64,000 bases of DNA. Source: Bacteroidota bacterium (GTDB lineage Bacteria > Bacteroidota > Bacteroidia > UBA8524). Both the position numbers and the translations under genes were made by a program. Below, one piece after another: positions 19,952 through 30,143 of this stretch. The DNA is taken from NCBI GenBank assembly GCA_016124735.1, contig WGMZ01000019.1:3217-67216 (forward strand), read 5' to 3'. The notes below the pieces were generated by a model. The model saw only the letters and a list, made by a program, of their open reading frames with translations, did not search any database and was not told the DNA's origin. Numbering within the stretch: position 1 is the stretch's first letter; each line of letters opens with the position of its first letter.

Positions 19952-20788
19952 ATGAAAACAAAAATGAAAAACTACGCTTGGATTGTCGGCATAGCTTTGG
20001 TTCTGCCCACAATTGCATGGAAAACACTGGCATCCAACAAAGCTTTGGTTGATGTGGAATGCTACGAAGAAAAAGGAAAAACCTATTACCGCGGGGTTTG
20101 GATGAAGGGAAAGGGCGGACAAACCCTTAAAAATTACACAACTACCGATGAATTTCAGGCGGATGTGGAGTTAATGGTAAGCAGCGGAAATGCATTAAGA
20201 GACATTGCCATTAAAGAAACAGAAGAAGGACCTCAGGTTGTGGCGGTTTACGATAAAGATCCCACCAATTGGGAACTGGTTCGGCTCAATTCCTGGGAAG
20301 AGTTCGAAAAAGACTGGAAGGCCAAACAGAAAGAAGGCATGCAAATCATGGATTTTGATTTTTACAGTTACCTGGGCGAAGACGTATACTACGGTGTTTA
20401 CTGGAAGATGGACAAAAAATCGGAGGTGTTTACACAGGCAAACTGGACGAAAATGTCGGAAGAAATTGTGGAGAAAGGCAACAAAAAATACGAGCTAATG
20501 GACGTGGATCGGATGAAGATTGATGGCGAATGGAGCTACGTGGCTTTCTTTAATGAAACCGAAAAACCTCTGGAATACAAAGCGTTTAAATTAACCAGTA
20601 ATGAAGCTTTGGAGCGCCAGGCTGCGGCCAATGCGAAAAAAGGAATAATCCTGACTGAAGCAGATGGATTTATTCAGGGAAATGCAATCACTCATTTAGT
20701 AGTCTATGTGAAACAGCCACAGCCAAATTTCTTCTTTACCAGCGAAGACTGGACAACATTCGAGGAGAAATTTAACTCAATGAACTAG
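19952..20788 (+). CDS. Hypothetical secreted protein with three internal repeats of about 85 aa
   Basis: N-terminal signal peptide MKTKMKNYAWIVGIALVLPTIAWKTLAS. Three recurring blocks follow, each beginning with a Y.G.W/Y...K-type motif (YYRGVWMKGKGG / YYGVYWKMDKKS / SYVAFFNETEKP). I recognise no catalytic motif. Confidence 0.5.
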   Translation: MKTKMKNYAWIVGIALVLPTIAWKTLASNKALVDVECYEEKGKTYYRGVWMKGKGGQTLKNYTTTDEFQADVELMVSSGNALRDIAIKETEEGPQVVAVYDKDPTNWELVRLNSWEEFEKDWKAKQKEGMQIMDFDFYSYLGEDVYYGVYWKMDKKSEVFTQANWTKMSEEIVEKGNKKYELMDVDRMKIDGEWSYVAFFNETEKPLEYKAFKLTSNEALERQAAANAKKGIILTEADGFIQGNAITHLVVYVKQPQPNFFFTSEDWTTFEEKFNSMN

Positions 20789-20796
20789 TCAATATG

Positions 20797-20826
20797 AGCT
20801 GTCAGCCGGCGGCTGACAGCTTTTTG
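20797..20826 (+). terminator. Rho-independent terminator
   Basis: A perfect 11-bp palindrome AGCTGTCAGCC-GGC-GGCTGACAGCT is followed by TTTTT, 9 nt after the stop of the 19952..20788 gene. Confidence 0.8.
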
Positions 20827-20891
20827 TCATCCCTTTGTCAAACTTATAAGTGACGTTGGTATCTCTTCTTCCCGCAATGTAACTTGCCACC

Positions 20892-22601
20892 ATGGAGAAG
20901 AGGTGGGTAGCGAAGCAAAGTCCGGATAAAGCGCAGATTGAATCATTATGCCAGCAGCTGAAAATCAGTGAAGCGCTGGCTGTCTTGTTGATTCAACGGG
21001 GAATAAAGGATTTTGATGAAGCCAGAACCTTTTTCCGCCCTTCCCTAAAGGATCTTCATGATCCTTTTTTGATGAAAGATATGGATGCGGCCGTTGAGCG
21101 TATCAATCGGGCCATTGATACAGGAGAGAAAATCCTGATCTATGGAGATTATGATGTCGATGGAACCACTGCGGTTACCCTTTTTTATTCGTTCCTATCA
21201 TCTATCTATCCATCTTGTTCTTATTACATACCCGATCGCAACAAGGAAGGATACGGCGTTTCTCTTCTGGGGATTGAATATGCGAAGGAGCATGCATATA
21301 CTCTGATGATATCATTGGATTGTGGAGTGAAATCTGTTGAGCTCGTTGGACTGGCAAAAGAAAATGGAATTGATTTTATCATCTGCGATCACCATAATCC
21401 GGGACCAGAATTGCCCCCTGCCGCAGCTGTTTTGGATGCCAAGCGTGCGGATTGCTCCTATCCATATAAAGAACTAAGCGGCTGTGGAGTTGGATTTAAA
21501 CTGGCACAAGCCCTTTGTCTGGTAAGAGACCTGGATGAAGAAGTGGTTTTTCAATACCTCGATCTTCTTGCAGTAAGCATCGCTTGCGATATCGTGGAAA
21601 TGCGCGGTGAGAATCGCATTCTTACCTGGTGGGGCATGCAGAAGTTAAACAGTCATCCTGTCCCGGGATTGAAGGTGCTTTTGGAAACAGCATTTAAAGA
21701 TAAACCCAAATCGCGCTACGATATTTCTGATGTGGTGTTTTATGCCGGTCCACGTATCAATGCAGCAGGACGCCTGGAACATGCCTATGGTGCAGTGGAT
21801 CTTTTATTGGAAAAAGATGAAGCAGAAGCCGCTGAATTTGCCTCCAAGCTTCATCTCACAAACGACAATCGGAAAGATTTGGAGGTGGCCACAACGAAAG
21901 AAGCCATAGCGCAATACTCCAGTCTCCCCGACTATTCAAAACGCCGGTCGACGGTAGTTTACAGTCCGGGATGGAACAAAGGAGTCATCGGAATCGTGGC
22001 TTCCCGTTTGGTTGAGGAGTTTTATAAGCCAACGATTGTGCTAACTGATTCCGGGGATAAAGTGGCCGGCTCAGCACGCTCTGTGGAAGGGTTTGATATT
22101 CATGAGGCAATTGACGCCTGCTCGGATCACCTTCTGCAATTTGGGGGGCATACCCATGCGGCAGGATTGACTCTTCTGAAAGATCAGGTGCAGGGATTTA
22201 TAGATGCCTTTGAGCAAGTAGTATCAAAAACGATTCCTGCTGAATGCCTCCAACCGGAGATTCAGTACGATTTGGAACTGGATATTAAGTCCATCTCGAT
22301 TCCTTTTGTAAAAAAGATGATACAGATGGAGCCCTTCGGTCCCGGCAATATGAACCCGATATTTATGAGTCGGGGTGTGCGTGATACGGGCATGGCCAAA
22401 GACTACGGAGAACATCTTTCAATGAACTTTTATGGGGCAGAGGGAGTTTTGGGCGCGATGGCCTTTTTTCAATCCAGGCATTACCATGAGGTAAAGCAGG
22501 GCAAACTTTTTGATATTTGCTACCATATCGATTGGACCGAGTTTAACGGAAAAGAAAGAATGCAGATGCGTATCGTCGATATGAAATTGAGTACAGCATG
22601 A
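20892..22601 (+). CDS. recJ: Single-stranded-DNA-specific exonuclease RecJ
   Basis: DHH motifs [11 protein letters not shown] and ICDHH, then a DHHA1 domain and a C-terminal OB-like region. The length of 569 aa is typical of RecJ. Confidence 0.85.
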   Translation: MEKRWVAKQSPDKAQIESLCQQLKISEALAVLLIQRGIKDFDEARTFFRPSLKDLHDPFLMKDMDAAVERINRAIDTGEKILIYGDYDVDGTTAVTLFYSFLSSIYPSCSYYIPDRNKEGYGVSLLGIEYAKEHAYTLMISLDCGVKSVELVGLAKENGIDFIICDHHNPGPELPPAAAVLDAKRADCSYPYKELSGCGVGFKLAQALCLVRDLDEEVVFQYLDLLAVSIACDIVEMRGENRILTWWGMQKLNSHPVPGLKVLLETAFKDKPKSRYDISDVVFYAGPRINAAGRLEHAYGAVDLLLEKDEAEAAEFASKLHLTNDNRKDLEVATTKEAIAQYSSLPDYSKRRSTVVYSPGWNKGVIGIVASRLVEEFYKPTIVLTDSGDKVAGSARSVEGFDIHEAIDACSDHLLQFGGHTHAAGLTLLKDQVQGFIDAFEQVVSKTIPAECLQPEIQYDLELDIKSISIPFVKKMIQMEPFGPGNMNPIFMSRGVRDTGMAKDYGEHLSMNFYGAEGVLGAMAFFQSRHYHEVKQGKLFDICYHIDWTEFNGKERMQMRIVDMKLSTA

Positions 22602-23350
22602 AACTAAGGACCGAGAATCTGGTAAAGGAATACCGCAAAAGAAAAGTGGTGAACGATGTATCCATCTTTGTGGATCAGGGAGAAATTGTCGGGTTACTGG
22701 GGCCTAACGGTGCAGGAAAGACCACCACATTTTATATGACTGTTGGTTTGGTGAGTCCCGATGAGGGGAAAATCTTTCTGGATAATGACAATATAACACG
22801 CTTACCAATGTACCGGCGGGCGAAGATTGGTATCGGATACCTGCCTCAGGAAGCTTCCGTATTTCGGAGGATGACGGTGGAAGACAATATTGCTGCAGTT
22901 TTGGAAATGACTTCACTGTCCAGAGCAGAACAAAAGGAAAAGCTCGAGAGCCTCATAGATGAGTTTAGTTTGGAGAAGGTGCGGAGAAATATGGGCAGTG
23001 TTCTTTCAGGGGGAGAAAGGAGAAGAACGGAAATAGCCCGGGCCTTGGCTACTGATCCGAAATTTATTCTCCTGGATGAACCTTTTGCTGGTGTGGACCC
23101 CATTGCCGTAGAAGATATTCAGGGTATCATCTATAAACTCAAGGAAAGAAATATTGGGGTTTTGATTACTGATCACAATGTGGATGAAACCCTGGGAATT
23201 ACTGACCGGGCCTACCTGCTTTTTGAAGGTAAATTACTTAAGGCCGGCACGCCTGAGGAGCTCGCAGACGATGAAATGGTTCGCCGGGTTTACCTGGGAA
23301 AAAACTTTGTTTTGCGACGGAGTCATATCGCCAAAAACAGAGACCTGTAA
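22598..23350 (+). CDS. lptB: LPS export ABC transporter ATP-binding protein LptB
   Basis: Walker [17 protein letters not shown] and the signature [16 protein letters not shown] 250-aa soluble ABC ATPase that tracks E. coli LptB almost residue by residue. It overlaps the recJ stop by 4 nt. Confidence 0.85.
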   Translation: MKLRTENLVKEYRKRKVVNDVSIFVDQGEIVGLLGPNGAGKTTTFYMTVGLVSPDEGKIFLDNDNITRLPMYRRAKIGIGYLPQEASVFRRMTVEDNIAAVLEMTSLSRAEQKEKLESLIDEFSLEKVRRNMGSVLSGGERRRTEIARALATDPKFILLDEPFAGVDPIAVEDIQGIIYKLKERNIGVLITDHNVDETLGITDRAYLLFEGKLLKAGTPEELADDEMVRRVYLGKNFVLRRSHIAKNRDL

Positions 23351-23389
23351 CTTTGCGGCTTTGCTTCGTTATAGGAAAAAAGAATTCCT

Positions 23390-25210
23390 ATGCGACGTGT
23401 CATCTATTTCTTTCTGTTGGCCGGCCTTGCATCTGTTGTCCTAATTTTCGACAAGGAAGAAGCGGCCCCTCAAGCTCCAAGTCTGGAGAATGTCTCATCT
23501 GAAAATACGGATTGGAAAAGCTTTCTTAGCGATGATCAAAATCTTCCATCGGAGAGTGAACGCTTCGTTCAGTATGAGAAGATAACTCCTTTGGAGATTG
23601 AAACGAAAGAAGCATGTGCCTATCCAGTTTCACATACCAAGAAGTCTGATTCAAAGGTGCTGGATGATATTCAAAACTGGGAATCCATTCCGGAATTCAA
23701 AGAGGTAAAAAATATTAAGCCTCCTGTTCCGGGAGTACTTCCCCCGGCGTCGTCGGTCATTTTGACGCCAGAAGATATTCATAAAGAACAGTTGGTTTCA
23801 TTGCAGTCGGGTGCCTACCTGAGAATTCCAGCCGATGCGCTGGTAATGAAGGACGGAAGTGCGCCTACCAAGCCAGTGAAAATATCGTATTGTGCTCTGA
23901 ATGATCCGGTGGATATATTTCTGTCGGGCGTTCCAATGAAATATGATTCGGCCGGGCGTTCAGAGACTTTTCGCACAGCAGGCATGTTTCGTCTGGATGC
24001 AAGGACTTATTCGGGAGAGGAAGTAACGGTGAAGGAAGGAAAGTCCCTGCATCTGGACATGCCGACTGGCGATACCAGCGATGCCTACAATTTCTACACA
24101 TTTGATGAGGATGCTGGTGAGTGGAAATTCGACTACCCCGCTCCTCCTGCCGTCAGTATATTGGATATTGTGTTGGATACCATGAACATTGAGTACAATT
24201 TCGACGCAATATTATTCGCTCAGAAATTTGATGATCCGAAATATCATTTTTTATTGAGCCCCGGCAAAAACAGAGACATATCTCAGGCGAAACCAGGGAG
24301 ATGGTTTCATGGTCCCTACGAGCGTACAATGCGCAAAGCCTTGTACGCATTGAATTATCGTTCCAGTAATTTTATAAAATTACGTCCATTTAATGCAATT
24401 GTAGGATACGATGAAGACCATCGACCCATTCGCGATCTTAGATTTCGAATTTATACCATTGGAAATGGCAATGAATTTTTTCGGGAGCTGAACCAACTCA
24501 GGAATTTCAACTTTTCTATTGACGGACTGGAGGATATTCGATTGTTTTATAAAGAATATGTCAGAGGCAGAAAATACAATGAAGTACGCATTGAATATAG
24601 CCCCGGAGATGAAGAATGCACTTTTTTATTAAAGGATGCGGGAGGGATTTCAAGAATCCAGGCTAAAGTACATTCCGGGAATGCTTTGCAATTAAGTTCA
24701 TTTGCAAAAGTACGTTTTGCCTATGCTCTAAAGCGGATCCGGAACGCCACGGATAAAAAGGCGGAGGTGCATGATAATATCATCCGAAAAAGAAAGAAAT
24801 CCTTTGTTGAGAGAATGCGGTGGTTCAGAGGATGGGCCACCCCCATCTTTTTGAATAAACAATACCGGCAACTTTCTATTCCGGGTTTCGGTACATATAA
24901 CTGTGATCAAATTGCACGAATGAAAGATCCAAAACCGGTTGCAATTCGATTTACGGATGAAAACGGTGTCAAATTGAAAATGTCAGGAATTACCGTTTGC
25001 GATACCCGTATTCGGGCCACTTTTAATTTTTGGAGCGGCAAGAGACCCATGGTAAGTAGCAATGGTTTTGGATTTGTTCTGCTTAATACGCCGGATAATA
25101 AGACCTATTACCTGAATCAATCGGCCTGGAACGGAGCGCGGGTTTATGCATTGAAGGAGCTTCCGGAAATTGAGAATTCGGGGCAGCTGAAAAAATTGCT
25201 GTTTAATTGA
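23390..25210 (+). CDS. Hypothetical membrane-anchored protein (606 aa), function unknown
   Basis: A long ORF with coding-like composition and an N-terminal hydrophobic anchor MRRVIYFFLLAGLASVVLIF. I recognise no family motif. Confidence 0.5.
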   Translation: MRRVIYFFLLAGLASVVLIFDKEEAAPQAPSLENVSSENTDWKSFLSDDQNLPSESERFVQYEKITPLEIETKEACAYPVSHTKKSDSKVLDDIQNWESIPEFKEVKNIKPPVPGVLPPASSVILTPEDIHKEQLVSLQSGAYLRIPADALVMKDGSAPTKPVKISYCALNDPVDIFLSGVPMKYDSAGRSETFRTAGMFRLDARTYSGEEVTVKEGKSLHLDMPTGDTSDAYNFYTFDEDAGEWKFDYPAPPAVSILDIVLDTMNIEYNFDAILFAQKFDDPKYHFLLSPGKNRDISQAKPGRWFHGPYERTMRKALYALNYRSSNFIKLRPFNAIVGYDEDHRPIRDLRFRIYTIGNGNEFFRELNQLRNFNFSIDGLEDIRLFYKEYVRGRKYNEVRIEYSPGDEECTFLLKDAGGISRIQAKVHSGNALQLSSFAKVRFAYALKRIRNATDKKAEVHDNIIRKRKKSFVERMRWFRGWATPIFLNKQYRQLSIPGFGTYNCDQIARMKDPKPVAIRFTDENGVKLKMSGITVCDTRIRATFNFWSGKRPMVSSNGFGFVLLNTPDNKTYYLNQSAWNGARVYALKELPEIENSGQLKKLLFN

Positions 25211-25360
25211 TCCGGTTTATTGCCTTAAAGGGTAAAAATAGCAGCCACATATAGGGCCACCTCTACAGGGACGTTTTTGAAATATTTATTTTGGCAGAGG
25301 TTGGATAACCCCTTCGGGTCGGGAGCTTATAATTCCTTCAGATGGGCACGTCTTATTCCG

Positions 25361-25573
25361 AGTAAAATCAACCGCGCCTCCGTCGTGCGTCAGCCTATAT
25401 TCCTCTGCGTCACCGCGTCAAAATATTAGCGAGTAAAATCAACCGCGCCTCCGTCGTGCGTCAGCCTATATTCCTCTGCGTCACCGCGTCAAAATATTAG
25501 CGAGTCAAATCAACCGCGCCTCTGTCGTGCGTCAGCCTATATTCCTCTGCGTCACCACGTCAAAAATTTATTC
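25361..25573. repeat. Tandem direct repeat array A: three 71-bp units, the third degenerate
   Basis: Unit AGTAAAATCAACCGCGCCTCCGTCGTGCGTCAGCCTATATTCCTCTGCGTCACCGCGTCAAAATATTAGCG. The core TCAACCGC recurs at 25368, 25439 and 25510, giving a 71-bp period. A partial copy precedes the array. Confidence 0.9.
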
Positions 25574-25640
25574 GATGCCAATAGCGTTCGAGTTCGTAGT
25601 CTGAGTTCGGGAATCTACGACGGGATCCTGTTACCCTCTC

Positions 25641-27533
25641 TTAATACGCTCGCTCGTGAACCCCTTCCATGAAATTCACGAAGGCTTTGTTCACTACACG
25701 GAAACCTCCAGGTGTCGGATAGTTGCCAGAGAAATACCAGTCGCCCAAATCGTTTGGACACGCTTTGTGCAAGTCGTCGATGGTTTGGTAAAGGATCTCT
25801 ACATCGGCATTGATATCCTCAGGCGTGATAATTTCTGCAATCTTGGCGGATATTTGATCCTCGCTAAACAGAGCATATACTTCCTGTAAGGCATTTCTCA
25901 TTTCATTTTCAGGCTTCAATAATTCCAGCTTGGCATTTTCATACGCTTCGTCGAGTTTGTTTTCGAGATGATTTTCTTCCAATAGCTTCAACAAAGCCTG
26001 AAAGGCAACAAAGTCTTTCATCTTGCTCATATCGATGCCGTAGCAATCCGGGTAACGAATTTGCGGAGCGGATGAGATGACGATAATCTTCTTCGGTTTC
26101 AAGCGATCGAGGATACGAAGGATACTCAGCTTTAATGTTGTTCCGCGAACAATGGAATCGTCAATGACCACCAGCGTATCAATACCGGGACGAATAATTC
26201 CATAGGTGACGTCGTATACGTGTCCAACCATATCGTCGCGTTGCTGATCTGCAGTGATGAAAGTACGCAGCTTCACATCTTTGATCGCTATTTTTTCTCT
26301 TCTCGGACGCAGCGACAGGATATGTTCCAGTTCGGCTTCGCTCATGGTGGAGCCGTTCTTCAGAATTTGTTCTTTTTTGTATTCGTTCAGGTAATCCTGC
26401 AATCCATCTATCATCCCATAAAAGGAAGTAGAGGCTGTGTTCGGGATATAGGAAAATACCGTGTTCTCAAAATCGTTTTCAATTCGTTCCCGAAGACGAT
26501 TTGATATCAATCTTCCAAGCTCTTTTCGCTCATTGTAAATGTCCGCATCATTTCCTCTGGAGAAATAGATGCGCTCAAAGGAACAGCTCAAACGTTCGGT
26601 AGGAGTCAGTATATTTTCCTCGCTCACTGTTCCGTCTTTCTTCACAATCAGTGCATTTCCTGGTTGAATTTCTTTAATCTTATCGACAGAAACATTGAAA
26701 GCGGTCTGAATGGCCGGACGTTCGCTGGTTACAACAACCACTTCATCATCTTCATAATAAAAAGCGGGACGGATTCCTGCAGGATCGCGAAGAATAAAGG
26801 CATCTCCCTGTCCAATCATGCCCACCATGGCATATCCGCCATCGATGTTTTTAAATGATTTTTTCAGAATACGAACCAAATCCAGATTGGAAGCAATCAG
26901 CTGGCTTATCTCTGCATTTGAATAACCCAGGTTATTGTATTCATCAAACAGTTGTTGGTTTTCATCATCCAGAAAATGACCGATTTTTTCCATCATCAGG
27001 ACGGAGTCGGATTTCTCTTTTGGATGCTGGCCAATTTCCAGCAGCTGACGAAATAGCTCGTCTACATTGGTCAGGTTAAAATTACCGGCAAGTACCAGGT
27101 TTCTGTTCTGCCAGTTGTTCTGACGAAGAAAAGGATGGCAATTTTCAATGGTGTTTTTCGCATAGGTGCCATAACGCAGATGGCCGAGAATTAACTCTCC
27201 GACAAAAGGTACCTCATTTTTAAGGTAAGGAATATCTTTTCTCTGCCCTTCGCTCAGCTCATTGAAATGTTTATGAATGTCCTTAAATACACTGGCAATG
27301 GGATTGTCAGAATTGGAACGGGTGCGGCTTATATAGCGTTTCCCCGGATCTACATCCAGTTTGATTGTTGCTACCCCGGCACCATCTTGTCCGCGATTAA
27401 CCTGCTTCATCATCAGCAGGTTCATTTTTTTAATCCCGTAAAAAGCACTGTTATACTTCTCCAGATAATAGTCGAGCGGCTTTTTAAGCCGGATGAATGC
27501 GATACCGCATTCGTGTTTGATCGGATCACTCAT
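25641..27533 (-). CDS. purF: Amidophosphoribosyltransferase (long Bacteroidetes-type form, 630 aa)
   Basis: N-terminal Ntn-glutaminase start MSDPIKHECGIAF with the catalytic Cys after a short propeptide. A C-terminal PRTase motif VVIDDSIVRGTT. Organised as a class-II glutamine amidotransferase. Confidence 0.9.
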   Translation of the reverse strand: MSDPIKHECGIAFIRLKKPLDYYLEKYNSAFYGIKKMNLLMMKQVNRGQDGAGVATIKLDVDPGKRYISRTRSNSDNPIASVFKDIHKHFNELSEGQRKDIPYLKNEVPFVGELILGHLRYGTYAKNTIENCHPFLRQNNWQNRNLVLAGNFNLTNVDELFRQLLEIGQHPKEKSDSVLMMEKIGHFLDDENQQLFDEYNNLGYSNAEISQLIASNLDLVRILKKSFKNIDGGYAMVGMIGQGDAFILRDPAGIRPAFYYEDDEVVVVTSERPAIQTAFNVSVDKIKEIQPGNALIVKKDGTVSEENILTPTERLSCSFERIYFSRGNDADIYNERKELGRLISNRLRERIENDFENTVFSYIPNTASTSFYGMIDGLQDYLNEYKKEQILKNGSTMSEAELEHILSLRPRREKIAIKDVKLRTFITADQQRDDMVGHVYDVTYGIIRPGIDTLVVIDDSIVRGTTLKLSILRILDRLKPKKIIVISSAPQIRYPDCYGIDMSKMKDFVAFQALLKLLEENHLENKLDEAYENAKLELLKPENEMRNALQEVYALFSEDQISAKIAEIITPEDINADVEILYQTIDDLHKACPNDLGDWYFSGNYPTPGGFRVVNKAFVNFMEGVHERAY

Positions 27534-27633
27534 GATGATTGCGTGTGCAAAGTTAATAAATCATTATCCCAAGGAAAGAATGTATGCACAGCAAAATCAA
27601 CGCAAAATGGATGCCCGAATGTATCTTTGGGTC

Positions 27634-28053
27634 ATGAAGCGGATTGGAATCATCAATGGGCCTAATCTAAACCTGCTGGGCAAGCGGGAACCAGGCATTT
27701 ATGGAGATGAATCTTTTGAGATCTATTTGGAAAAATTGAAAATAGATTTTCCTGATTTGGAACTCCGCTATTATCAAAGTAATGTGGAAGGAGAGCTCAT
27801 CAATAAATTGCATGAGTGGGGATTTACCACGGATGGCATTGTGCTTAATGCCGGAGGATATACCCATACCTCCGTGGCTATTGGCGATGCTATTGCTTCC
27901 ATTGAAACTCCGGTGATTGAAGTGCACCTATCAAATATCCTCGCACGCGAAGAATTTCGCCATGTCGACCAGATTGCCCGTTCATGCAAAGGTTCTGTCA
28001 TGGGATTTGGAATGGACTCATACCGCCTTGCAATACTGTCCTTGCAAAATTAA
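27634..28053 (+). CDS. aroQ: 3-dehydroquinate dehydratase, type II
   Basis: MKRIGIINGPNLNLLGKREPGIYG and LNAGGYTHTSVA are hallmark type-II DHQase motifs. The product is 139 aa. I chose the ATG at 27634, because the ORF start at 27493 overlaps the purF start on the other strand. Confidence 0.85.
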   Translation: MKRIGIINGPNLNLLGKREPGIYGDESFEIYLEKLKIDFPDLELRYYQSNVEGELINKLHEWGFTTDGIVLNAGGYTHTSVAIGDAIASIETPVIEVHLSNILAREEFRHVDQIARSCKGSVMGFGMDSYRLAILSLQN

Positions 28054-29177
28054 TTGGTATCTGTTTTCGTGAAGCGGATGAGACAGCCGCCTTCAAATCG
28101 AATAAAATAAATACCACTGGGCAAAGTGGAAACGTCGAGCCCATCTTCATCTACAATTCCTTTTTTGCACACGATTCCCTGGTAATTCACGAGGTCATAA
28201 TTTACCCCGGTGGCTATACCTCCTATTTTGAGTGATTTGTTGGCGGGATTTGGATAGGCATATCCGGTATTTCCTGATTTGCTTCCTTTGTAATTTGAGA
28301 TGATGGAAGCAGAATTTAGATATTCCAGTGCTGAGAATACATCCATGTTTTTAAAACTCTGTACTCCTATCGTGTCAACAATTTTTGCATTGGGTAAATG
28401 AATAAGCGTGACACCCAAATTGGTCAAAATTGCCATGCGAGATTCTCCAATATTCAGGGTATGAAGTGATGTAATCCAATCGACACCATTCAAAACCCCA
28501 ATGTCATTGTATTTATTCGATTGAGGATCTACTTCCGTTAGTACCTCCTGCTTGCCATCCCAGTATAACCCGTATAGTTTTTTAGAAATAGAATGAAATT
28601 CCATTGCCTGAATATTTTTGGTATCCGGGATGTTTTTCAGAATAGCACCATTGGTCGCATCGATGGCTGTTATGCCCAAATTAGTTTTGATATAGATGAT
28701 TGAATTAAGTAAGTCCATCGTAGACTTTCCTTGAGTCTGAGTGATGGTGTTTTGCGTAGATAGCAACTGAATAGTTTTCGTGCTGGGGTCAACGGCCAGA
28801 ATTTCCATGGTTAGTTGATTGCGGTGAAAGGCAATCAATTTATTATTGATTTGGTCAAATTCAAGGGATTGGACGGAGATTGAACTGGCAATAGTGTCGA
28901 TTACTTTTCTCGTATTTGGATCAAAAATAAAAATGGTTGTTGGACTTGCGTGAAATACCCGATTGTTATTCATGTCATAACAATACAAACCAGAATATAT
29001 AGCGTTGGATGGAATGTCATTTCCAATGAAATAAGTTTTAGATTGGGTATTGAGGATGCCACATTTTAGCACTGAATAGGAATTATGCTGACTAATTGTG
29101 AAAAGACTGTCCGAAAATTGAGCCTTTGCCTCGGTTAACAAGGCTGTAAGGAGAAAGACGAGAGTTAACTTTTTCAT
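28050..29177 (-). CDS. Hypothetical secreted protein with a T9SS C-terminal sorting domain (possible beta-propeller-like N-terminal region)
   Basis: Signal peptide MKKLTLVFLLTALLTEAKAQ. The C-terminal segment YAYPNPANKSLKIGGIATGVNYDLVNYQGIVCKKGIVDEDGLDVSTLPSGIYFIRFEGG fits a Por_Secre_tail domain. Confidence 0.6.
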   Translation of the reverse strand: MKKLTLVFLLTALLTEAKAQFSDSLFTISQHNSYSVLKCGILNTQSKTYFIGNDIPSNAIYSGLYCYDMNNNRVFHASPTTIFIFDPNTRKVIDTIASSISVQSLEFDQINNKLIAFHRNQLTMEILAVDPSTKTIQLLSTQNTITQTQGKSTMDLLNSIIYIKTNLGITAIDATNGAILKNIPDTKNIQAMEFHSISKKLYGLYWDGKQEVLTEVDPQSNKYNDIGVLNGVDWITSLHTLNIGESRMAILTNLGVTLIHLPNAKIVDTIGVQSFKNMDVFSALEYLNSASIISNYKGSKSGNTGYAYPNPANKSLKIGGIATGVNYDLVNYQGIVCKKGIVDEDGLDVSTLPSGIYFIRFEGGCLIRFTKTDTN

Positions 29178-29283
29178 GGCAGAGAGATATATCATAGAAA
29201 TGACTCTGTTAAATGTTCCGGAGTTGCCTTTGCGGGAAATCCTTTGTCGAATCTTGCTGGAAAATCAGGATATTCGGAGCATA

Positions 29284-30099
29284 ATGTTAAGAGAACTGGA
29301 AGAATCCATCGCCTTCATCCGAACTCAAACGGAGATGATTCCGGATGCAGGAATTATCCTCGGAACAGGATTGGGCGACCTGGTCAATCATGTGCAGATT
29401 GAAACGACTTTAGAATACAAAGACATTCCTCATTTCCCGTTAAGCACCGTTGAGACGCATAAAGGGAAATTGATATTTGGAATAATGGAAGGGAAAAAAG
29501 TAGTGGTCATGCAAGGACGCTTCCATTATTACGAAGGTTATTCCATGAAACAAGTGACCTATCCGGTGCGGGTCATGAAGATGTTGGGAATTCAAAATCT
29601 CTTCATTTCCAATATTGCAGGCGGTATTAACTCCTCTTTTGAATTGGCTGATTTGATGGTGATTGAAGACCATATCAATCTTCAGCCCGAGAATCCATTA
29701 ACTGGAAAAAATACAGATGAACTGGGGCCCAGATGGCCCGACATGTTCGAGCCTTATAAAAGGTCCTGGATAGATTTAGCTTTGCAAATCGGAAAAGAAA
29801 AAGGTTTCCGCATGCACGAGGGCGTTTACGCCAGTGTAGCTGGGCCGAATTTGGAAACTCGTGCGGAATACCGCTATTTATCCGCTATTGGGGCAGATGC
29901 AGTAGGTATGTCGACTGTGCCGGAGGTCATAGTTGCGCGCCACATGAATATTCCTGTTTTTGCCTGCTCGGTGATTAGTGATTTATGTTATCCGCCCAAA
30001 CTGAAACCGGCCAATATAGACGAGCTTTTGCAAGCCGCGGCAGATGCCCAACCGCGTCTGAGTGTTTTATTTCGTGAACTGATAGCAAGGGTTTCATGA
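29284..30099 (+). CDS. Purine nucleoside phosphorylase (PNP/PunA family)
   Basis: IILGTGLGDL, VVMQGRFHYYEGY, AVGMSTVPEVIVARH, and near end-to-end colinearity with B. subtilis PunA. I chose the ATG at 29284, which gives 271 aa. The longer ORF (29176 start) would overlap the divergent upstream gene. Confidence 0.8.
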   Translation: MLRELEESIAFIRTQTEMIPDAGIILGTGLGDLVNHVQIETTLEYKDIPHFPLSTVETHKGKLIFGIMEGKKVVVMQGRFHYYEGYSMKQVTYPVRVMKMLGIQNLFISNIAGGINSSFELADLMVIEDHINLQPENPLTGKNTDELGPRWPDMFEPYKRSWIDLALQIGKEKGFRMHEGVYASVAGPNLETRAEYRYLSAIGADAVGMSTVPEVIVARHMNIPVFACSVISDLCYPPKLKPANIDELLQAAADAQPRLSVLFRELIARVS

Positions 30100-30143
30100 A
30101 TGCACCGAGGCTCAAAAGGATGCTCTTGGCATGTTCCGTCTGT

